The position numbers and the translations under genes were made by a program. From Pelomyxa schiedti (Eukaryota; Protista; Evosea), in NCBI GenBank assembly GCA_020536535.1, contig JAHLWZ010000664.1, positions 1 through 64,000 on the forward strand: a DNA stretch of 64,000 nucleotides, given 5' to 3'. Under the pieces are notes generated by a model. The model made no database searches and was not told the DNA's origin. It saw only the letters and a program-made list of their open reading frames with translations. Within the stretch, counting starts at the first letter, position 1, and each line of letters starts with the position of its first letter. This document shows, one piece after another, positions 49,182 to 60,188 of this stretch.

Positions 49182-50438
49182 ATGAATCGTTGGACCCCGC
49201 CCGAATGGCGTGTTACGCAGGCGAGGTATTCACGCGACCAGTTTGTTGCCTTGCTTGGCCGTCCCCGTGAATCGCCGCCCACAGTGCAGAACCAGCGTTG
49301 GGAGCCTGTGCACATCGTGGCCCGGCTGGTGTGGGACTACTGCCGCGAGGCCGCGAGGTTCTTCTGTGTGCCTGTGGCGTACACGCACGACGGCGGGCTG
49401 GCCACCTTCGCCGTGCTTCCTCTGCTGGGGTCGCTGCGCGGCGACGTGGCGTGGCACAGCAAGCAGGCCCAGCTTCGCGACTTGGTGGTTGTGAACCACC
49501 GAGGCAACGCGCTGGAGGTGTGGAGGTGGGCGTACCCGGCGCCGTACTACATCAAGGGGATAGTGGGCGGGGAGGAGATACTCCTGGCTGACAGGCGCAA
49601 TATGCCTCACAGGGCCACGTGCTGCACTAATGGGATGTGGTTTGTGTGCCTCAACTCGACGTTTTCTCAGCCTGATTCGCAGGACTACCTCTCGTCTGTT
49701 TTGGTGGCAGACCTGTGTCTGCGTCTGAAAGGGAATGAGGCACTGAAAGATAGGAACCTGGCGTGTAAGGAGGTTGGTGTGCCGAGGGAGGTTCACGGAC
49801 AGTTGGAGCACGCTGAGTTCTTTTTCAATCGCGCCGTCCCGGATCAGGGATTTGTGTGCTCTATTCAGAGTGCATATACCTTCATTGAGTTGACAGTAGT
49901 TTCACTTGCACAAATGTGGGCAACAAGGAAATTCACGGCACTTAGTGAGACCACATTCTGCTCCGATATTTTCCAGATAAAAGATGCTCTGTTGCTCTGC
50001 AACAAAGGAGGTTATCGCAGTTTCATCATCAGCGCCTCCACAATGCCACAGGGGACGCTTTCTGTATACCAAGTGAACGAGGGAAAGAGCCGGTCACTGA
50101 GAACAGTGCCAAGTGGAATCACCAAAATCGCCCGGGTCTCACAGCTGAGTGAGTGCCTGTTTTGCATTTCGTCTGAACCAAGATATGCTCCGCCGTTTGG
50201 TGTGGAACTTGAAATATGGGACGTCGACAACACCTCCTCGGCGGCACAACGGCAGGTAATCAGGTGCCATGACAACTGCTACGAAGTGATTGGCGAAGGT
50301 GGGATGGTGCTCAGCCTGATTCGCGAGGGGAACCAGTGTCACCTGCAGGTGATGGACTCATCCACAGGTGCCACCATCCTCACATTTCCATGCCAAATTG
50401 ATCACAGCATTGGGAACTCCGTCTCCTTTCTTTCATAA
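49182..50438 (+). CDS. RDQF-family intronless protein
   Basis: N-terminal YSRDQFVALLG...HIVARLVWD and C-terminal VMDSSTGATIL. Confidence 0.75.
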   Translation: MNRWTPPEWRVTQARYSRDQFVALLGRPRESPPTVQNQRWEPVHIVARLVWDYCREAARFFCVPVAYTHDGGLATFAVLPLLGSLRGDVAWHSKQAQLRDLVVVNHRGNALEVWRWAYPAPYYIKGIVGGEEILLADRRNMPHRATCCTNGMWFVCLNSTFSQPDSQDYLSSVLVADLCLRLKGNEALKDRNLACKEVGVPREVHGQLEHAEFFFNRAVPDQGFVCSIQSAYTFIELTVVSLAQMWATRKFTALSETTFCSDIFQIKDALLLCNKGGYRSFIISASTMPQGTLSVYQVNEGKSRSLRTVPSGITKIARVSQLSECLFCISSEPRYAPPFGVELEIWDVDNTSSAAQRQVIRCHDNCYEVIGEGGMVLSLIREGNQCHLQVMDSSTGATILTFPCQIDHSIGNSVSFLS

Positions 50439-50547
50439 CTGAGCCACATCCAACAGAATTTGTGATTGAAGGTACTTCGTGTCGTGAAAGGCTGTGTGAT
50501 CTGGAAAATTACTTTCGTGAGAGAGTGATCGAGGAGCAGGGGGGAGG

Positions 50548-51929
50548 ATGTCGCGGCACGCCAAGAACAACACGGCGAGCGCGGTGTTCACGCACTACGA
50601 GAAGAGCCGGCTGCAGTACGGCACGCGCAAGGCGGTGCTCGCGAGGGAGTCGATCAAGGGCTGGGACCAGTGCACGCTGTGCCTCAGCGACGCCGTGCAC
50701 CCAATGTGCTGGTACGCCACATTTACCCCAGTGCCCGAGTAATCAATATTTTGTTATGGGATGGATGGGTGGGCTGTCTCTGTTTTGTGCTGGGTTTTCC
50801 CTCTTCTATTTTTTTCCCCAAATAACAGTATGTAGCCCTGAAGGACATTTGTTCTGCCAGGAATGCATATTGGAATATTTACTAAAACAGAAGAAAGACC
50901 TTGCAAAAGCCAGCAAAATTTGGGAAGAACAACAAAGGCAAAAAGCTGTGTGTCATACTTCGCTTTTTTTTATTTTATTTTATTCTTTTTTTTGTGATAG
51001 AACTAATTTCACAACAGGAAGAAGAGGAAAGGAAAAAGGAAGAAGCACACCGTAAAACAGTTGAGGAATTTGACAAAAGAGAGGCAGGGCTCCTTGTAAC
51101 TCCATCTGCCTCATCTACCACATCGACTTCTACATCGACTTCAACTTCAAGTAGTACAACCACCACTTCGGCATCACCTGACACACCAAAACCAAACCCG
51201 GTTGCGCCAAATGATAGGTTGACCTGCTTCTGGGTGGTAAGATTAGCTTATATACCCCTTTGAAGATCTCATATTACTTTTTCAGCCTCAGGCAGCACCA
51301 ACAGCGGGGCCAGCACAAGCTGCAAAACCCCCAGCTGCACCAGATTGTCCTGCTGCAAAACACCCTTTGAGGTTTGTAAACAACCAAAACCCATTTGATG
51401 AAATAACATCGACTCAGACTGAAACAACTTATCTCAATTGTATTTGACGAAAAAGAGGACACTGCTGCGAAATCACCAACCCATACATCGAAACCTGAGA
51501 AACGGTGCCCAGTGTGCCTCAAAACCCTCAACAACGCGTCCCAATCTGCTGTATTGCGATCATGCGGTCACGCCTACTGTCACTCATGCTTAACCAAGCT
51601 TGTCAGTACTGACGAAGCAACATCAACATCAACTAGCACTACTTCTTCAACTACTACACCCACCAGTACCACTCCAACCAAAACACGGTCTGAGAAGATG
51701 ATTGGATCCAAAGGTGGAAGGTGCTTTGTGTGCTCTGCCCCATTCAAAGACAGCCACGTCATTAAACTACAGGTAGACTTTTTAATTAAAGCGCCGCGCA
51801 ACAATTCACTGTCCCTCGCACAACAAACCAATACTTACCATCGTCACATTACAGACCGGAGGAACAGGATTCTCTGGCCATGGTGACAAATTACTTGCTG
51901 AAAAATACACTCCCGCTGCGCGTGTGTGA
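50548..51929 (+). CDS. NOSIP: Nitric oxide synthase-interacting protein (RING/U-box-like E3 ligase)
   Basis: MSRHAKNNTASAVFTHYEK...YGT...ESIKGWDQCTLCL, SPEGHLFCQECILEYLL, and a second RING CPVC...CGHAYCHSC followed by GGTGFSGHG. Confidence 0.9.
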
Positions 51930-52029
51930 TGTGCTGTCGCAAAGCCAGTTCAAAAGCAATTAACCACTCTCTCAAGGGGAAAAAAGGAATCACAATAGGA
52001 AACTAATAAAACAGTGGTTTTTTTATGTT

Positions 52030-53757
52030 TTTTTTTTGAAAGTACATGCAACTGGTGACTTAGGCATTTGAGTAGCTTCCCCAGGAAGAACTTGTGCTGG
52101 AAGCAGAATTTCTATCGCCAGGCTGTACAGAAAAGTGACCTGTGGGAAGTTGTGGTAAGCAAACGGGCACGATATGCACACAATCCGGATATATATATTA
52201 TTAAGGTAAAACCCCTTACTGCTTTTAACCATACTTTAATTCAAACCTGCTGCTAGAAGGGGCTGATTTACAGACACCGTTGGTTGCGGTGTTATCTTCT
52301 TGGAGTAAAGGTCCCCTCCAAATGCCTTCAGCTTGGACAAAACTGATGGGTACCTAACACTGAAGTAGGCCCGGAAATGGCATTTGTATGCTATGTATAT
52401 CACACTATCGATGGTACTGGAGGAAAAAGTGTTTAGAGAATCTGGATTGCGTGAGCACATACCCCCACAGAGGAAGAAGCACGGCTTGCATATACTCAGT
52501 TATCTTGTTGGGATCGTCAACGCTTCAGTGATTCAGGTTAAGTGAAGTGCGGTATGAGGCACTACCTCTCATATATGCGGTTTACAGTGCAAGGTACCCA
52601 GATCACAAACATTGTGAGAGGATAAAGAAATTGGGTTGGTTTCAACACTCTTTGTCCAGTAATATTTCGTGCCTACGTGACAAATTATAATTGTATTCAG
52701 CCTCTGGTTTTTGGTACCATTGGCAGAAGAGGATGGATTGAAAAAAGAACGAAATAGAATATTGACACACTACTTATCAAGATCCAGAGAGGTATGTAAA
52801 ATAGAACCTTTTCGTGTAAGAAGTAAATAGATCGAGGCACCATACGAATCGAGCCATAAGCGGATCAGTAGAGATCCAGCATGTTCCAATTATTCCCTTT
52901 GCGTACTCGATTCCAAGAGCGCCTGTGAGAGGTACAATTGCTGTAACAATGGCCGTCAACCTACTCCAGATGAGGAAGTTCATGATGGAAGCAAAACGAG
53001 GATACGATATTAACAACGCGGCAATGTAGTGCCACTTGGATGTTGTGAACCCTGATCCTGTTGATGGAGAGGTGGGTTCTATTGTGTCTTTGAGATACCA
53101 GCGATACAAGGTGAACCTGAGAATTTTGTAAGATGCTTTATAATACCTCTTATTTTTTAAATTCAAAGAAGTTAACTAAAAGTAATTACAGGTTGACTGC
53201 TATGAATAACAAAAAGAGGTTCCCGGCAAGGTCAGCGATCTGTGCAAAAAACCCTTTCGCAGTAATTGGTAATTATTTCAGAAATAATTGTAATATGTGG
53301 TGTGTACCTGCAACTTGGCAAGCACCACTCGCTGGTATCTGCGCTATCAGCTGTGCAATTTAGGAAAATGCCGTAAGAGAAGAAAGAATATGTGGGTGTA
53401 GTAAAACATGGCAGAGTCTACCGTTGACAAAGCCTGAAGACAGTCACTCATACTAAGGCATAATACTCCAAAAAGAGGTGGCGACCTGAATTCCTTCAAA
53501 CACATGAGCAAGTAAGTGGAGGGGGAAAAAAAAAAACCAGTAAGGATAAAGGGAGGGCGACGGGGGTGTTCCCATAATGCGGGAACAGACACCAAACAAC
53601 AAGTACATACGCGGGAGTAGACGAGGGACGAGAACACGAGGGAGCACATGCACACAGACAACACCGACTCGGGTATCGTGGCCCACGATATGTGCGACAA
53701 CTCCATGCCCCCATTCAATGATGATGATGACAATGACGACCACGTGGACGACGACAT
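52030..53757 (-). CDS. Putative 7TM receptor of the cAMP-receptor-like (Dicty_CAR) type
   Basis: Hydrophobic segments with LSMSDCL, TAIVPL and GTCWIS motifs across many short exons. Boundaries are approximate. Confidence 0.5.
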
Positions 53758-53895
53758 CCCTCTCCCTCTCCTCTGCCTGCCTGTGCTCTGTGTTGTCGAC
53801 ACACCGCCACACAAACGAAACGATTTGCCGGCAACGAGAGGTTTTTTTTTTGTTTGGTTGGTGCAGCCAACCACCAACAAGAACACCAAAAGAAT

Positions 53896-53977
53896 TGTGT
53901 TGGGTGGGGTTTGAACCCACGCCTCCGAAGAGATTAGAGCCTAAATCTAACGCCTTGGACCACTCGGCCACCAACAC
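53896..53977 (-). tRNA. tRNA-Leu (TAG)
   Basis: 82-nt GTGTTGG...CCAACACA; anticodon arm TTAGA-TTTAGGC-TCTAA; T-loop TTCAAAC. Confidence 0.9.
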
Positions 53978-54078
53978 TTCGAAACAAAAGTACTCTCTGT
54001 GCTGTGTATCACGCATCCCTGCGGAAAGCGGTTTTTCCGTATCAACGAAAGCTTTCTAACTTTTCGACAAGTTGCGAG

Positions 54079-57000
54079 ATGGGAGACGACGTGGACGGTT
54101 GGGATTGCGATGGTACTCACAACCACCACGAGCAGCGTTCTAGTCACCATCGCCACCACCACCCTAGCCGTAACAGCGATGGCGACGATGACAGCTACAA
54201 CAACACCGGACACGTCAACGAAGACAGCAGCAGCAGCACGGCAACCACCACCGCCGCCGCGTCAGCCCCGGCGGTTACGCCACCACGCCGTCGTGGGGGG
54301 GCTCGTCGGTCAAGTAAAGGTAGAAGTAGTAGTAGTGGCGGTGGCACCACAACAACAACAACCACTACTACTGGCAGCAGTGGTGGTGGATCGTCATCAT
54401 CATCGACTGTGTATACTAGTGGCGGTGGCGGGGGTGCATCGTCCACAGGGAGTGTTGGCCATGCTGGTGGTTGTGGTGGTTGTGATATCGGTGTGGGTGG
54501 AGGAAGTGAGAGCGGTGTGTACTTGGTCCTCCTCCCCCCTCCCTCTTTTGGTAGGTTTTTTTTTTTTTACAATCTAATTTAACGTGCTCGGTTGTGTATA
54601 GGGGCTGGGGGATGTCAGAGTGAAGAACAGGTTCTGAGCAGTGTTGGTGACATTGAGGAATTATTGCTCAGTGAAAACTCCTCTGATGATTGCAGTGGAG
54701 ATTTGGAGGAAAGTGCCACCGCTTCGACGGAAGCAGAAAGAGATTGCCAACTTGATTACAACAACAAGGAGGAAGAGGGAAGGACACTGGGATCACAGGA
54801 AGAGGAGGACTATGGCACATTTGCATTGTATGCGAGCACCAATAGCAGTTGTTCAACTCCCAGTGTATCGGGTAGCTCCGAGGTCACTAGTGACAGCAGT
54901 CCTTTGCTCAAAAGCAGCACAAATGTGTTTGCGGAAGACTTTTCCCTACTGACTGGTCAATCAGGTTACTTTCATGCAGCTCGTTCACGTTCATTGCATT
55001 CATACATAAATAAAGATAAAGAGAGAAAACGACCTATACTCGGCTTGATTTGCAAACCACTTACGTATGAATACCAGTTACTACAAGAGACGTAATTGAA
55101 ACAGGATGGAAGCTATCGAAAAGGTGCACGAACTCTTTATAAAATTCTTCAGTGATACGTCAACAACGTCTATTGTACTGGGGCTACTGCAACTGCGATG
55201 GTTTTATAAAACTGAGCCAAATCACATTTGCCAACCTGCTATTACAGACACTGTAAGATTTTTAATGTCCTTCCCCCAAATCGAGGGTTCTCATGAAAAG
55301 GGATTCATATCGGAAATTATAAGAGGTCTCAAGTATTCCAGTGGGTCCTATGGCTGGTCTTTAATTTATGGATTTATGGGTGACGCTAAACTGACCAACC
55401 TGTCTACAATTAGTAAAATTATTTCTGCTATTCCTCAGTAGGTTATGTCTGCTTCACTACAAAAAACTAACTCGGTGCAGAGGAAAAGAAGCCACCCTGA
55501 CTGCATTGACAACTCATACTGGCTTGACCAAATCAGTATCATTCCTTTTCCTACCACTTACCCTTCTCTAAGTATTCTCCAGAGTCTTGTACACTGTCAG
55601 TGGGAATCGGGGTACTTTAATCCAGGCCATTATATTGCTGTGGACGATGCAAGGGAAGTCATCGTTGTTTCCATGAGGGGAACGTTTCATACAAGAGATG
55701 CCCTTACGGACCTTGTTGCCACCACGGCGCCGTTTTTTGTATGACCCTGCCAACCCACTCACATGCGTTGACAGCTCACATCTTTTACTTGCAGTTCCAG
55801 GGAGTTCTTGGTAAGTGAATCTTATGATGACNNNNNNNNNNNNNNNNNNNNNNNNNNNNNNNNNNNNNNNNNNNNNNNNNNNNNNNNNNNNNNNNNNNNN
55901 NNNNNNNNNNNNNNNNNNNNNNNNNNNNNNNCCTTGTTGCCACCACGGCGCCGTTTTTTGTATGACCCTGCCAACCCACTCACATGCGTTGACAGCTCAC
56001 ATCTTTTACTTGCAGTTCCAGGGAGTTCTTGGTAAGTGAATCTTATGATGACGTTATGAGTCAGGTTCATTTCTAGGGTTATCCCACTCCGGAATTCTTA
56101 AGGCAACATTGAATAAATTTGCAACAATTGACCCAGTGTTGACTTCCGTAGTTAATGTGAGTATCAGTCCAAATACTTTTAATATGCCCGGAGTAAACAT
56201 ATTTCATATTTACGCAGGCACACCCGACCTACCCAGTGCTTATTGTTGGGCACAGCTTAGGGGGAGGGGTTGCTCAATTATTTACACTCCTTACTCTTTC
56301 AAGTACGCTGTACACAAAAATGATGGTGTTCTCTGAACCTTTTTTTGCAGGTCACCCCGATTGGAAGATAAAATGCTTTTCTTTTGGTGGAGCTAATGTG
56401 TTGTCACAAAATTTGGCCAATTTACCTGAAATAAGGAAGGTTAGAAAACTGGTTGATGGTATGCACCTTAAAAGATATTAGGTTATATTCTCCATTATTT
56501 ATGGCAGTGATGTTGTACCGAGATTGAGTTACGGTACTGCGGCAACAAACACTTTCCTCTTCTGACCTGGTGTTGCAGGTTCATTGAAGGCCCTTAAAAA
56601 CACAATTCAAGATATTCACAAGCAACACTCACCGGGAATTAACACATTGCTGAAAAAGCGGCCCGCCATTCACACGCTGCTGTACTCCGGAATCGAGAAA
56701 TACCCAGATGATACCCTCATACCCGGCGGCAGAGTTTTCTACCTCCACCGCTGCGATGACCAAAGTGTATGGAAAAACACCAAACCGGACAACACCCAAA
56801 TTGAACCGGCACTATCCCCACCACCACCATCAACTCCCACAACATCCGGCACCTTAAGCTCAGAAACTGCAACTTCATTATCATCCTCCTCAGCCTCCCT
56901 GTCATCCCTGTCATCATCAATAAGCACCACCAATGCAACAGCCGGCACTACATCCCTGTCATCATCAACACCATCAATAACAGCACCAACAACCAGAAGC

Positions 57001-57225
57001 TTACTGAGGTCATCAAGTGGGTTCATCAGCACAAAAGAAAAACCGGTGCACACAGCAACAGCAACAGGCAACAACAACAAAGTGAGCAAGAGCTACCACT
57101 TTGAGGAGGTGGAACCAGAACAGTTCTCAGTTGTTCTAGTGACTGAGTCCATGTTCACCGACCACATGCCCAGTGTCTACGAGAACAAGTTCGAGGCCCT
57201 GCTCTCCTCCCTCAACTCAACATGA
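54079..57225 (+). CDS. Class 3 lipase (DAG-lipase-like) with low-complexity termini (contains a gap)
   Basis: Motifs IVVSMRGTFHTRDALTDL, VGHSLGGGVA (nucleophile elbow), DVVPRL and DHMPSVY. Confidence 0.85.
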
Positions 57226-57275
57226 TAATTTATTTTGAGTGAAAATTATTTTCGTCGAACGACGTTTCGGTTTCG

Positions 57276-58547
57276 ATGGCATTTGTGTCGTTGCGAGCAC
57301 CTGAGAGCACCAAGGCCCGCGACCAATTCGTGGCATTCGCGGTAGGGGCACTCGTTGCGCGGTGCGGTGCAGGCAGCCCAGCGCGGTGGCTTCCGCCCGC
57401 GGTGCTCGTCGACATCGGCGGTATCGTCGCCGCATCGGTGTGCAGAGTCATCACGCTGTTTCCTCTAGTATCATGCGATTCGGCGGACGATGGGGAACAA
57501 GTCGCAACCGTGGCATTGTCTTGTACTCTTGGGGTGGCCCACTCCCCTCCCATAATGACGGTTTACCGACCGCCAGACACTTCCCCGCCGCTTGGGTGGG
57601 CCGGCCGCGACACGCCCATCACGTGGAGTGGATTGTGGGAGGGGGACCCGAAGCCAGCGTGGGGCATCAGCACCATCCCCGGTTGGCGCAGTCGCATCGA
57701 CATCAACCGGGATTGGGTGGTTGCTTTCTATTCTGGGTCCTTGTACATCTGGAGAATCCTCAGGAGCTGTACCCCTTCATCATTAAACTTGGAGGATTCA
57801 GAACAATCACCAGGTTTTCGCACTGTATTGCAGGCTGTGAAATTCCCAGCCTTTCAAGGCTGCTATGCTCCTCTGACTATGCAGTTTGCACCCCCACCAC
57901 AAAGAACCACTGCACCAACAGAGAGCTCTGAACGCAACCACAATGGACATTGTGGTGTTGGGAATACTGTTGCTTTCGTACTGAGGAGATCCACCAGGAA
58001 ATGGTCACTGGTCTACATTGACCTGGAAACCACATTCAAACAGGAAAGGCTGTGTGTTGTGGCCAATTTTGACCTTGGGACCCAGTGGCGCTACACCCTG
58101 CTCAAAGGAATTCTGTGGGAATCCACACCAAGCAAGAGAGATGCCTATCTCCTGGCAAAAGACACAAGAACAGACACACACTGGCTGTACTCTGTGAGTG
58201 GTGAGGAATATTTCCAGATTCCAGACTCCAAAGAGGTTGGATGTGTTGGTTGCTGTGATGATGGTGATGACGGGTCACTGCTCTACTGTGTGCCTGTGTC
58301 TGATCCTGGCCGTTGTGATGTGTACAGTGTTTCAAGAAGCTTGTTAGTTCCTCGTTACACATTTTGGGACTGGCCTGGTGATGGTGATGTGAAGATACAG
58401 AGTGGTGGAGGCCTGTTGATGATCCAGACCAGTGACACAACAACAATTGTTGATGCCGTCACTGGTTTTGTTCTTTTCCATGCACCAGGTCAGGGCACAG
58501 GCAGTACAAACATTATCAACACCTTCCATGTCAACAGCACCCTCTGA
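57276..58547 (+). CDS. RDQF/RCGA-family intronless protein (tandem paralog 1)
   Basis: N-terminal ARDQFVAFAVGALVARCGAGSPARWLPPAVLVDIG and C-terminal IVDAVTGFVLF. Confidence 0.85.
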   Translation: MAFVSLRAPESTKARDQFVAFAVGALVARCGAGSPARWLPPAVLVDIGGIVAASVCRVITLFPLVSCDSADDGEQVATVALSCTLGVAHSPPIMTVYRPPDTSPPLGWAGRDTPITWSGLWEGDPKPAWGISTIPGWRSRIDINRDWVVAFYSGSLYIWRILRSCTPSSLNLEDSEQSPGFRTVLQAVKFPAFQGCYAPLTMQFAPPPQRTTAPTESSERNHNGHCGVGNTVAFVLRRSTRKWSLVYIDLETTFKQERLCVVANFDLGTQWRYTLLKGILWESTPSKRDAYLLAKDTRTDTHWLYSVSGEEYFQIPDSKEVGCVGCCDDGDDGSLLYCVPVSDPGRCDVYSVSRSLLVPRYTFWDWPGDGDVKIQSGGGLLMIQTSDTTTIVDAVTGFVLFHAPGQGTGSTNIINTFHVNSTL

Positions 58548-58609
58548 ATTTCAATCATTTAAAATTTCCAGAAGAAAGAACACTTTTTGCTTTCCATTCG
58601 CGGAAGCAG

Positions 58610-59833
58610 ATGAGGCCTTCGTTTGTGTCTTTGAGGGCGCTGCACCCCACAATTGAGTCCCGCGACCAATTCATTGCGCTGGCTGCAGCCGTCGTCGTGG
58701 AGCGGTGCGGCGCAGGCAGCCCAGCGCGGTGCCTGCCGCCCCCCGTCCTCCGGGACATCGGCTCGCTTGTCGTCGATACGGCGGTGATGGTGGCGACGCT
58801 GCTGCCTGGGTGGCGCGTCGGGTGGAAGTACGACCTCGACGTCATCGTGCCCACCGTCGCCCTCAGCGCCACGCTCGGCGCGTCGCCTCCCATAAACAGG
58901 ACAGTGGCGCCGGGGCCGCCGTACGGGTGGGCCGCCGCCGTAGGCTCGGTGCCCGCGCCCATAACGTGGAGCACATTGTGGGAGGGTGTGGACGGTCCCT
59001 GGCACCCAATCACTAAGATAGCGTGGCACACTGCAATCGACATCAACCGGGATTGGGTGGTTGTGTTCCTGCGTGGCGGCTTTTGCTTGTGGAAGGTCCT
59101 CAGGGGTCCTTCAACAACAGTGGCTCGAGTTCATAAGCCACCTGTGAGAATCCCGGCGTTTGGCCAGTCATACTTTCCGGCTCCAAGGACACTGCAGTTC
59201 GCACCTACGTCCCTCATCAGAGGACAACAGTGCTCGTCAGTGCCTGGTGGGGGTTCTGTTGTTGCCTTTGTTATTCAGGGGCACAACCAGAAGTGGTCAC
59301 TGGTCTACATCGACGTGGCTACCAGTTTTGCGGAGGCGAAACTCAGAATCCTGGACAATGTTGACCTTGGTGTTCAGAGAGGATACACCCTGCTCAATGG
59401 GATTCTGTGGAACTCAGCCTTTACTGGCGAGAAGAGAGCTGTTTACCTTCTGGTCCGGGAAGATAGGACAGGCACACACTGGCTGTTCTCTGTGAGCGGT
59501 GAGGAATACATCCAGATTCCAGACTCCAAGGCAGTTGGATGTGTTGGTTGTGGTGGTGACGGCGACGATGGGTCACTGTTCTACTGTGTGCCTGTGTCTG
59601 ATCCTGGCCGTTGTGATGTGTACAGTATTGACAGATTGTCAGTTCCTCGTTGCACATTTGCTGACTTTGGTGTAATCAGTGAGGTGCAGGGTGGTGGCAA
59701 CCTGCTGATGATAATTACCAGTGATTCTATATCCCTTGTTGACACTGTCACTGGTTTTCTTCTGTATCACGTGGCAGGAGAGGAAAGAACCATGTTCAAA
59801 GACGGAACTACCTTTCAGGTGAACACGGTGTGA
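58610..59833 (+). CDS. RDQF/RCGA-family intronless protein (tandem paralog 2)
   Basis: N-terminal SRDQFIALAAAVVVERCGAGSPARCLPPPVLRDIG. Long blocks are shared with paralog 1, e.g. YCVPVSDPGRCDVYS. Confidence 0.85.
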   Translation: MRPSFVSLRALHPTIESRDQFIALAAAVVVERCGAGSPARCLPPPVLRDIGSLVVDTAVMVATLLPGWRVGWKYDLDVIVPTVALSATLGASPPINRTVAPGPPYGWAAAVGSVPAPITWSTLWEGVDGPWHPITKIAWHTAIDINRDWVVVFLRGGFCLWKVLRGPSTTVARVHKPPVRIPAFGQSYFPAPRTLQFAPTSLIRGQQCSSVPGGGSVVAFVIQGHNQKWSLVYIDVATSFAEAKLRILDNVDLGVQRGYTLLNGILWNSAFTGEKRAVYLLVREDRTGTHWLFSVSGEEYIQIPDSKAVGCVGCGGDGDDGSLFYCVPVSDPGRCDVYSIDRLSVPRCTFADFGVISEVQGGGNLLMIITSDSISLVDTVTGFLLYHVAGEERTMFKDGTTFQVNTV

Positions 59834-59909
59834 ACCCCACAATGAAAAAAATAGTGGGGTTTGATTTTTGATATTCAAAAAACCAAACATTCACCTCCTC
59901 AAAAAATAG

Positions 59910-59981
59910 TGGCCCCGCTCAGAATCGAACTGAGATCAAGAGAGCCAAAATCTCCCATACTAACCATTATACTACGGAGCC
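59910..59981 (-). tRNA. tRNA-Gln (TTG), second copy
   Basis: Identical to 43574-43645. Confidence 0.85.
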
Positions 59982-60083
59982 TCACAACTCTTGCCTCGTG
60001 GAATCGGACTGGTTTGTACAACAGAACAAAAATTCCGAGGAGAAGGAGGATATTGAATGAGACCGGACGTAAATAATTGTTGT

Positions 60084-60165
60084 GCAGGTATGGCCGAGAG
60101 GTCTAAGGCGGCTGATTTAAGCTCAGCTATCGAAAGATGCGTGGGTTCGAACCCCACTGCCTGCA
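60084..60165 (+). tRNA. tRNA-Leu (TAA), second copy
   Basis: Identical to 43748-43829. Confidence 0.92.
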
Positions 60166-60188
60166 TTTTTACTTGTTTTTTTTACCGG

